From positions 1-29,569 of IMG/VR virus record IMGVR_UViG_3300010206_000040: 29,569 nt of DNA, one strand, 5' to 3'. The stretch is from a virus. Its lineage: Duplodnaviria; Caudoviricetes. Below are positions 8,896 to 16,012 of this stretch, in pieces; within the stretch, counting starts at the first letter, position 1, and every line of letters starts with the position of its first letter. Below the pieces are notes generated by a model. It searched no databases. It had not been told where the DNA came from and worked only from the letters and a program-made list of their open reading frames with translations. The translations under genes were made by a program, and so were the position numbers.

Positions 8896-8947
8896 TAGGG
8901 CAGTCAACAAAACATAGACGTTCACATCAAATACAAGGAACAACAAG

Positions 8948-9151
8948 ATGACCCATAGCAGCGAACCAGAAGACCTGGCAGAGTTGAATCTGGAGAAATT
9001 GAACCTGAAAAGAGCTTCGGAGCACATTGCCCGTGGAGTAATGGCAGTCCGGTGGCTCCAGACGAAAGCGCACACTCTAGAATGCCAGAACAGTCAACTC
9101 ACCAAGGAGAATGCCAAGCTGAAATCATCAGGGCACCAAAGCGATGGATGA
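8948..9151 (+). CDS. Small coiled-coil hypothetical protein (67 aa)
   Basis: AAGGA upstream of ATG; heptad Leu pattern; followed by a terminator-like hairpin. Confidence 0.5.
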   Translation: MTHSSEPEDLAELNLEKLNLKRASEHIARGVMAVRWLQTKAHTLECQNSQLTKENAKLKSSGHQSDG

Positions 9152-9176
9152 TAATCAAACCTGTCGCACCAATGCA

Positions 9177-9208
9177 AGAAGGGAGGCTCGCCAGGCCTCC
9201 CTTCTTTG
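9177..9208 (+). terminator. Probable intrinsic terminator of the recombinase cassette
   Basis: AGAAGGGAGGC-tcgccag-GCCTCCCTTCT 11-bp stem running into a T-rich tail. Confidence 0.6.
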
Positions 9209-9210
9209 TC

Positions 9211-9236
9211 GGAAATTTTTGTCGATTAAAATTTCC
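9211..9236. repeat. 9-bp perfect inverted repeat with 8-bp spacer
   Basis: GGAAATTTT-tgtcgatt-AAAATTTCC. Confidence 0.7.
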
Positions 9237-9289
9237 TTAAACACGTCTTATTTGCTATGTCGCTCATGGGAACCGCCCGGCAGGCCCCG

Positions 9290-9850
9290 TTACTCCGAGG
9301 CCTCTGATTCTGGGGCCTCGGTGTTATCGGCGATCTTTTTCGGCTTTTTTCCAGAGCCCGATTTGGTTGCCTTGTTTCTCTCGGTAACTTCGGCAGCCTT
9401 GTCGAGAAGAGCCGAGGCCCATTCGGCCGGTGAAGTCTGGGGCTGGATGGGCTGCTCGCCCTCTCGGGAAATCTTGGTGGCCTTGAGGTCGCGCATGTGT
9501 GCACGGATCATTCGATCTAGCTTTTCTGAAGTATCCGCATCACCCGCAACCTGGGCTCGCATCAGCTTCACCGAGTAAATGCCGATCAACTCCACTTGCA
9601 GGTAGTCGCTAGACTTGTTGAACTGGAAGTCGCCATACAGCTTTTGAATGACGACATCGAACAGTTCCTTTTCTTCTCCGGAAAGAATGCGGCTGGCAAA
9701 GATGCCGTGCTTCAGGGCGTTGAGGTTTCCGTGGTAGCCTGATTTTTCCTCAATCGTGGGAAGGGGTTTGTCCTCGTTGTTCTTCCAACGAATGACTTCT
9801 TCCTTGTCCATTTTTCTGAGTCCATTCTTTGCCATACGGAATTCCATCAA
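9290..9850 (-). CDS. Putative terminase small subunit
   Basis: GNLNALKHG motif typical of TerS-like proteins; helical body; nearest co-oriented gene upstream of terL. True start may be ATG at 9835. Confidence 0.6.
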   Translation of the reverse strand: MMEFRMAKNGLRKMDKEEVIRWKNNEDKPLPTIEEKSGYHGNLNALKHGIFASRILSGEEKELFDVVIQKLYGDFQFNKSSDYLQVELIGIYSVKLMRAQVAGDADTSEKLDRMIRAHMRDLKATKISREGEQPIQPQTSPAEWASALLDKAAEVTERNKATKSGSGKKPKKIADNTEAPESEASE

Positions 9851-9918
9851 GAGAAATTTGTTCTGCTTTGCTTCCTGCGGGGCGGGAGGCCGATTTTGCC
9901 TCCCTCACGCATTTGCGT

Positions 9919-10185
9919 TCATCGTCTTTTCATACCGGAGATCTCACCGGATTGACGCGCTTCAGCGAGGATTTGGGAGACTCGTCTGGTGCTGAGGCTT
10001 GCGCTGGCAGCGATCTCCTTTGTGGTTGTTCCGCGCTTGAACAGTTCCAGGACGAGCTCGCGACGGCTCTCGTAGAACATCTTGGGCAGAGGCACCCAGA
10101 GGTTTCCCGTGTAATGCTTCTGCACTTCGGCGAGAAGTTCCTTGGGCAGGACGTTCTTTGCGTTGGCGTGTCTGAGTTGGAACAT
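9919..10185 (-). CDS. Small HTH DNA-binding protein (Mor/CD3324-like, 88 aa)
   Basis: AAGGAG RBS; NAKNVLPKELLAEVQKHY..LWVP N-terminus and HTH TTKEIAASASLSTRRVSQIL. Confidence 0.75.
   Translation of the reverse strand: MFQLRHANAKNVLPKELLAEVQKHYTGNLWVPLPKMFYESRRELVLELFKRGTTTKEIAASASLSTRRVSQILAEARQSGEISGMKRR
9933..9957 (-). promoter_or_regulatory. Bipartite motif CGTCAA-N12-TCCGGTA upstream of terS-like gene
   Basis: Minus strand CGTCAA tccggtgagatc TCCGGTA tg; lies inside the 3' end of the HTH gene. Confidence 0.65.
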
Positions 10186-10984
10186 TGTTTTCTCCTTGTG
10201 GGTGTGGTTGGCCTCTCATCAACTCCGGATTTCTGAAGTGAAGTCGACTGGAACGGCCGTTCTTTTCGTGATGGACAATTTCAATGAACTCTCGGGAAAT
10301 AGTCCCAAGTGTTCTTCCTTTTTCGAGAAAGCAGACAAGCCCCCAGTCCTGGCCGATGGGATATAGCAGATGTGCGCGGTTCTGGAAAAGTGAGGGTTCG
10401 GACCAGCCGAGGGATATGGCTTCGTCGCGGATGACACGGACGGCAGCGAGGGCTTCATCGGTGACTTCCTGATGGAATGCAAAGGTGCCGGATTGAGGAT
10501 AGTACCAGCCTTTGGGTTCACGGCGAGGAGGATGCGAGGGCGCACCAGAGCAGAATGCTTCCTCATCGGACATCTCGGATTCATCGGGCTGTGCGATGGG
10601 CTTACGGGAGAATGTCTGCTTGGCCCAATCGGCGATTGCATTGAAGCTTGCGCGAAGGAACTCCCATTGCTTGGTGGGCAGCTTGCCTGCGCGATGTGCG
10701 GTCTGGGCCTTGTGCATGCGATCCTGGAGCCATGCGAGGTACTCGGGATCGAGCCTGCGGTACTTGATGCCTTCCTGCTCGAATTCGCGGGTTCCTAGGG
10801 CAATGCCAGGAGGGGTGAGCACCTTGAGGCCGGTGGAAACAAACAGGGCTTCAGGAAGGGCTGTCTGGGGGGCTGCGGGGCTGGATGGGGTGGCAAGCGT
10901 TGGTGCGGGCTGCTTGGAGGTGCAGGAACGTCCGGAATGGGTCAGGACGCCGAGCCTGGTCATGTTCTGCAGCATGGATGCCAT
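9962..10984 (-). CDS. Hypothetical protein (340 aa; C-terminus overlaps the next gene)
   Basis: GAGGA RBS; globular-looking segments YRRLDPEYLAWL and A..LGWSEPSLFQ..WGLVCFL; 224-nt out-of-frame overlap with 9919..10185. Confidence 0.7.
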   Translation of the reverse strand: MASMLQNMTRLGVLTHSGRSCTSKQPAPTLATPSSPAAPQTALPEALFVSTGLKVLTPPGIALGTREFEQEGIKYRRLDPEYLAWLQDRMHKAQTAHRAGKLPTKQWEFLRASFNAIADWAKQTFSRKPIAQPDESEMSDEEAFCSGAPSHPPRREPKGWYYPQSGTFAFHQEVTDEALAAVRVIRDEAISLGWSEPSLFQNRAHLLYPIGQDWGLVCFLEKGRTLGTISREFIEIVHHEKNGRSSRLHFRNPELMRGQPHPQGENNVPTQTRQRKERPAQGTSRRSAEALHGKPLGASAQDVLREPSRARPGTVQARNNHKGDRCQRKPQHQTSLPNPR

Positions 10985-11027
10985 CGTTCTTCCTCGGGAG
11001 ACTGAAGTGAAGTCGTTCCCGATTACC

Positions 11028-11052
11028 TACCGGAAGTTCCGGTGGAATGACG
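11028..11052 (-). promoter_or_regulatory. Bipartite motif CGTCAT-N12-TCCGGTA upstream of the 10984 gene
   Basis: Minus strand CGTCAT tccaccggaact TCCGGTA gg. Confidence 0.65.
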
Positions 11053-11073
11053 ATGGCCTGATCAGGCCGGGGG

Positions 11074-11390
11074 AATACCGAAACCCCTTTCGGTATTTTT
11101 TACCTTTCGGGGAGCCCTTTCGGTAGCCCGTGAGGCCAATGCTTATATAGGATAGTTGATAGATATACCGAAAGTACCGAAAGAAATAAGAAGACTATCA
11201 TTATGTACAAGTATTATTCCCACTACCCAAGAACGGAGAGGGGTGGAGAAGAAAGAAAAAAATCACGCGTGTATAGAGAGACACCCCTGAAACCTTTCGG
11301 TACTTTCGGTAATTTTTCGTAAGTCTTTGTAAAATAAGGTATTCCGATACCGATGGAAGGTATGGCATACCGAAAGGGTGCTTTCGGTAT
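11074..11390. repeat. Array of TACCGAAA repeats in direct and inverted orientation; probable replication origin
   Basis: TACCGAAA at 11076, 11166, 11175, 11368; TTTCGGTA at 11088, 11118, 11295, 11304, 11382; non-coding and AT-rich, downstream of the primase-helicase. Confidence 0.8.
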
Positions 11391-11555
11391 CGAGGGGAGG
11401 GGGAGTATCTTTTTACTGAATTTGTGAAATTTTAGCTAACTGGTTGTCTGACTGGTCTAATTGTTGGTTTTTAGTAAAATCAACCATGGGTTTTCCGTTT
11501 CGGCAAGATTATTTTAACTTTGTGCCCCGAAACGACAACGAACAAGAGAAATATT

Positions 11556-11714
11556 ATGGCTATTGCAATTCGGACAGTTCCCACGCTTCAAGGTAAGGTC
11601 GCTAAGCGGTTCCTTGAGTCTGTTCGCGTGAATGAAGCTGAAAAAGCAAGTACGATTGATTTCTCCAGTCAGTTTCAGACTCTTGCTGCGGTTCTAAAGA
11701 AAGCCAAGATTTGA
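11556..11714 (+). CDS. Small protein (52 aa), putative antitoxin/partner of the GNAT
   Basis: ATG 11556, MAIAIRTVPTLQGKVAKRF...; stop 1 nt before the GNAT start. Confidence 0.65.
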   Translation: MAIAIRTVPTLQGKVAKRFLESVRVNEAEKASTIDFSSQFQTLAAVLKKAKI

Positions 11715-11715
11715 C

Positions 11716-12342
11716 GTGCCAGGGGTAAGTCTTTCTGATTGTACGTTCTGTTTATACACAGAACGCTTGCGTTTGGATTCAAACGCTTTCGATTGTGAAG
11801 AACCCGACCTTAATGAGTTTTTCGAAAAGGACGCCAAGGATTTCTCAAGTCAGCTACTGGGAAAAAGCTATTGCTTCCAGTTGGATGCCGATCCTAAGGA
11901 GATTGTTTGCATTTTCACGATATCCAATGATTCGGTGAAGGCTAAACAATTTCCAAAAGCTTCTCAGAAAAAAATTAAACGAGACATTCCATACGCAAAG
12001 CAAAGATTGAAAAGCTTTCCAGCGGTACTCATTGGGCGCTTGGGAGTAGATAAGAAATACAGAGAAGGCAACTTCGGCTCTCAGGTTCTGGAACTAATAA
12101 AGGCCTGGTTCCGAGAAGAAGGAAACAAGACTGGATGCCGTTTTGTCGTAGTCGACGCCTACAACAATCCGAGAGTGCTTAACTTCTATAAGAAGAACGG
12201 TTTTGAGACTCTGTTTGATAACGAAAACGAAGAGGCTAGCTACCTGCATGTTAATCTAAAGCCGGATGAAGTCCTTCATACCCGAATTATGCTTTTCGAC
12301 CTCATCAAGATCATACCTGCGACTCCACGAGCAGCGAATTGA
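11716..12342 (+). CDS. GNAT N-acetyltransferase, AtaT/TacT toxin-like
   Basis: FDCEEPDLNEFF, PAVLIGRLGVD, GCRFVVVDAYN, FYKKNGF motifs. Confidence 0.85.
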   Translation: MPGVSLSDCTFCLYTERLRLDSNAFDCEEPDLNEFFEKDAKDFSSQLLGKSYCFQLDADPKEIVCIFTISNDSVKAKQFPKASQKKIKRDIPYAKQRLKSFPAVLIGRLGVDKKYREGNFGSQVLELIKAWFREEGNKTGCRFVVVDAYNNPRVLNFYKKNGFETLFDNENEEASYLHVNLKPDEVLHTRIMLFDLIKIIPATPRAAN

Positions 12343-12399
12343 AGGGTCATGACTAATTTGGTGGCACAGTAAGAAGAGCATAGATAATGGAGTGCGCTC

Positions 12400-12702
12400 A
12401 TGGGTTGTTCCTGTTCATTCAGATGCACTCGGTGTCGCAGAAAGGCGCAAGTTTCTGGTGGCTATGACAGTGGATTGACTTGTGCCGTGCAAACCATGTA
12501 TTGCCTGAATTGCAAGACTGTTCAGGACATCGTCGTAGCGCAATGGCCAGACTACCACCTAGAAGAACAGACGCCAATACCGCCATCTCCTTGCAAGCGT
12601 TGCAAGGGAACTGAATATGCAGAATGGAACGCAGGCGATCCTTGTCCAAACTGCGGTGGCAACATGAATGCAAAAGTAGAAGGCGATATCCTCTGGGATT
12701 GA
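12400..12702 (+). CDS. Cys-rich zinc-ribbon protein (100 aa)
   Basis: GGAG RBS; four CxxC pairs (CTRC, CLNC, CKRC, CPNC). Confidence 0.7.
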   Translation: MGCSCSFRCTRCRRKAQVSGGYDSGLTCAVQTMYCLNCKTVQDIVVAQWPDYHLEEQTPIPPSPCKRCKGTEYAEWNAGDPCPNCGGNMNAKVEGDILWD

Positions 12703-12703
12703 A

Positions 12704-15700
12704 TTAGCCCTCTCTCATGGTGATCTCGTACTTCTTGGTGCCATGGCAGTCCGCCTGGTGTTTGATGGTGAACCCTGCGCTTTTCACAATTTCCATATCA
12801 TTGGAAAAACGTTGAGCAAATTGCCTGGATGAGTTCGGGTTGAACACCAAACCGAAGTCTCTGCTGATCCTCTTGAGTGCCACAAATAAGTTTCTGGAAA
12901 GAATGGGTCCCAAGCTTCCATCCTTTTCAAATTGAATCTGGTACCTTTGGATAAATTGGGTCACATTATTCGGTTTCCCCATAGCCATGTATTCATGCCT
13001 GTCGGCTTCCTCCGCAGCCTTCCAAGCATTGAAAAGCGTGCCAAGTACCATGGCAATTGGATTCGATTCTTGTGAAGTCTCGCGGCTAGTCTTGTTGATG
13101 TTCGTTATCTGCTTCACGAACTCCGGAGATAACTCGGCAAGTCCTTCTTCGATTTCATCCTGGGTGGATCCAGCCAGCATCATCAGGTACATCAGGCTAA
13201 GGTATTCGTTGCAGCGCCGCTTGTCATGATTCCCCAATTGTTCATGGATTAAGGTCAGTGCTTGCGAGCGGCGACCATCGCGCATCATTGCCAGCACAAA
13301 GCTGGTCCGCTTCATGAGGGCAGAAATAATCAGGTCGCGGTTCTTTTCCAATTGTGCGACTACTTCGGATTCAATGAAGCAACAGTTGCTTTGGTTCTCA
13401 ATATCGAAATTGACCACAAATGTGCGGGACTGGATTTCCGACAATTCGCCCAGCAATGGCTCGATGCCTGTGGTGTTCAGCAGGCACTTGGTCCGCTCGG
13501 TCACGGTCTCGCTATCGGTGCCGCTCTTACGTTTTTCCTTGGCAATGCCAGTGATGCTGGTGAGCATGAACGTGGTCAGGTCCTCGGTCATTTGCTTGAC
13601 TTCGATATTGTCGAGCACGATCAAAGGATTCTGGGAACCGTCCGTGTAGTTGGCCGCATCGGTGGCTTTCTTGTGCTGGGGCTCTCCGTAGAGAAGCGCT
13701 GAGATCAGCTTGCTTGCCGTGGTTTTTCCGGATCCAGCTGATCCCTCGAATCGCGTCATGGGCCTAGTGCCAGCGAAGTCAATCATCAGAAAGCAGCTGA
13801 GCCAGGATAGGATCAAGAACCGGTCGCCCATGGGGCAACTCATATTCTTGACAAGGAGGTCCACCAACAATCGGTCCGCTTCTTCCAGGTCCGCATCGGG
13901 AATGAAACGGAGAGGTTTCATTTTCCGGGAACCATCCAGGATGATCCCATCCAGGTTCCCACCATTGCGCAGGATCTCGATGCCTTCGGGTGTGATCTTC
14001 GCAATTTCGTGATCCGGGTTATTGAGATTGAAGTACACAGTGAATTCCGAAACGTTGGAATGCAACCAGGAGAAATGGTCGCGGACTTGACCACGCAGCA
14101 TAGCCAGGCTAGGAAGAACCTCGAAGAAAGTGCGGCCACCACCAGACGTTGGCACGAGGCCAGTGTTCTTGTAGAGCATGGCGGCATACTGGCGCTTGCG
14201 ACCACGGTCGGGAGAATCCATCCAATAGATCGCATTATCGAAATACATGAATGGCTCGCCTAGCTGGGTGTGGAAGAACATCGCGCCATTGGCAGTGAAC
14301 CATTCATAGGCAGCTTCGGCTGCTTTGGAGAAGTCTGGCGAGCCATCGTCTAGCTCTGTTTCAAGCAGAACATCTTCGACCTTGGCCCGACATGATCCGG
14401 GAGGAGCGTCACTCTTGCGCTTGGCCTTCTTGCTTTCCTGCTTCGCCTTGGCCTTTTCCTCTTGCCGCACTGCCCGGAGCTGGTCCTTGAGCACGTTCAT
14501 GGGCACAGCGCGTCCTAGGCGCTCGTGGACCATCTTCAGGAGCCTGGACTGTTCCAGGGGCGGCATGGCGGCCATTTCAGAAAGAACGGGCTCGAGGATC
14601 TTGTTGCGCTCCTCTTCGGAAAGGTCCTCGGGAATGTTCTGGATTCCAAATTCGATGGGGCTCAAGGAGGAATCCAGGAGCTTTTGGAAGTCCTGGGCTG
14701 AATGCCCACGGGTGAAGAATTCGTTCACGTCGATCTTGGAATCGGCGAGCAGCTTCTGAGCTTCGGCCACATCGGCCGGACTGCGCCCCTCCAGGAGGCT
14801 TGCGAGCTCCTTTGGGCCAACGGCCGACACAAGGCCAAACTCGGCTTTCAGGCGGGCTCTGGCGTCCTTCTGAGCCGAATCCAGGGGCAAGGTCACCAGC
14901 CTGGTCTCGACCTTATGCTCGGCCAGGATACGGGCAGTCTGCAAAGCGCCCTTCAGCCCGGCCTGGGAAATCTCATTGTCCTGGCAGATGAACACCTTCT
15001 GGACACCACGCAACTGCGGCATCAGGTGCTGCCAGTCGGCGGCTTTGATGCGAACCGTCACTGGCGAGATGGCCTTGAAACCCTGCTGCATGAGCGCAAG
15101 GCAGTCCGTTACGCCCTCGGTAATAACGACGCTGTCCGGCCGGGAAAGCAAGACATCCTGGTTGTAGAGCACGCCATTGTTGATAAACTTGGCAATGTAG
15201 GGACGTTGGTGCTGATCATGGACCGGTAGCTTCTTGTACTTTCCTTGCTCCCAGGGATTCTCGGGAGTCCATGGAGTCTTGCGGCCAATGAAGAATACAA
15301 CGGAGCCATGACTCCAGTATGGGAACATGAGTCGCTTTTCAAAGAACGGAGAAAGCCCGTCCTGGCTTGTGGGCCGGAACAGACCTGTTGCTGACAATTC
15401 GCGTTTCGAGAACTGGCCGCCTAGTTCATCCAGCAAGTGGGCTAAGATCCCGGAGTCATTATCCGAATAGCCGATCTTGAGCCGATCGACGATCTCATCC
15501 TGCAAGCCATAGTGGCTTCGCATCCATTCTAGGGCTTCGGCATTGTTACGCAGCTGTGCATGGAAGTATTCTGCTGCAGCGCTCAAGGCTGCCTGGACCC
15601 TCAACCGGAATCCATGCTCGGCCTCGGTCTGCTGTAGCCGTTCCTCTGTCATGCCATAGCGGGAAAGCGGAGGGAGCCCGGCCTTCTCCGCCAAGAAATC

Positions 15701-16012
15701 TCTGGCCTCCCGATGCGAATCGGGCATGGGGCCTGCCACACCTGCAGTGACCTTGCCTGCGCGGATGAATTCCACCAACTGAAGCACATCGCCACCGGTT
15801 CCGCAACCAAAGCAATACCAGCCCTGCTTGTCGAGCATTACATGCAGAGACTTCCTGGATTGGCTTTGATGATTGGGGCAATCGCACTGGAGAGTCGTCG
15901 CGCTTTCATGGACAATGCGTCCCGGCAAAAGCTCGCGGGCAATGTTTCCAATATCCTGGTCGCGGATCAGTCGGTAGTATTCAGCGACGCTGTCTGTTCC
16001 CTGCAGGCTCAT
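12704..16012 (-). CDS. DnaG-type primase (CHC2 zinc finger + TOPRIM) fused to a C-terminal P-loop NTPase/helicase (1102 aa)
   Basis: CPNH..CFGC zinc finger; ITEGVTD and CQDNE TOPRIM motifs; KIDVNEF; Walker A GSAGSGKTT, Walker B IVLDNIE. Start at ATG 16012 (GGAGG RBS, ATGA overlap with helicase stop). Confidence 0.9.
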   Translation of the reverse strand: MSLQGTDSVAEYYRLIRDQDIGNIARELLPGRIVHESATTLQCDCPNHQSQSRKSLHVMLDKQGWYCFGCGTGGDVLQLVEFIRAGKVTAGVAGPMPDSHREARDFLAEKAGLPPLSRYGMTEERLQQTEAEHGFRLRVQAALSAAAEYFHAQLRNNAEALEWMRSHYGLQDEIVDRLKIGYSDNDSGILAHLLDELGGQFSKRELSATGLFRPTSQDGLSPFFEKRLMFPYWSHGSVVFFIGRKTPWTPENPWEQGKYKKLPVHDQHQRPYIAKFINNGVLYNQDVLLSRPDSVVITEGVTDCLALMQQGFKAISPVTVRIKAADWQHLMPQLRGVQKVFICQDNEISQAGLKGALQTARILAEHKVETRLVTLPLDSAQKDARARLKAEFGLVSAVGPKELASLLEGRSPADVAEAQKLLADSKIDVNEFFTRGHSAQDFQKLLDSSLSPIEFGIQNIPEDLSEEERNKILEPVLSEMAAMPPLEQSRLLKMVHERLGRAVPMNVLKDQLRAVRQEEKAKAKQESKKAKRKSDAPPGSCRAKVEDVLLETELDDGSPDFSKAAEAAYEWFTANGAMFFHTQLGEPFMYFDNAIYWMDSPDRGRKRQYAAMLYKNTGLVPTSGGGRTFFEVLPSLAMLRGQVRDHFSWLHSNVSEFTVYFNLNNPDHEIAKITPEGIEILRNGGNLDGIILDGSRKMKPLRFIPDADLEEADRLLVDLLVKNMSCPMGDRFLILSWLSCFLMIDFAGTRPMTRFEGSAGSGKTTASKLISALLYGEPQHKKATDAANYTDGSQNPLIVLDNIEVKQMTEDLTTFMLTSITGIAKEKRKSGTDSETVTERTKCLLNTTGIEPLLGELSEIQSRTFVVNFDIENQSNCCFIESEVVAQLEKNRDLIISALMKRTSFVLAMMRDGRRSQALTLIHEQLGNHDKRRCNEYLSLMYLMMLAGSTQDEIEEGLAELSPEFVKQITNINKTSRETSQESNPIAMVLGTLFNAWKAAEEADRHEYMAMGKPNNVTQFIQRYQIQFEKDGSLGPILSRNLFVALKRISRDFGLVFNPNSSRQFAQRFSNDMEIVKSAGFTIKHQADCHGTKKYEITMREG

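Noticed and set aside
11074-11390. Repeat array as a CRISPR array
   Set aside because: Repeats are 8-10 bp, in both orientations and irregularly spaced; no repeat-spacer periodicity.
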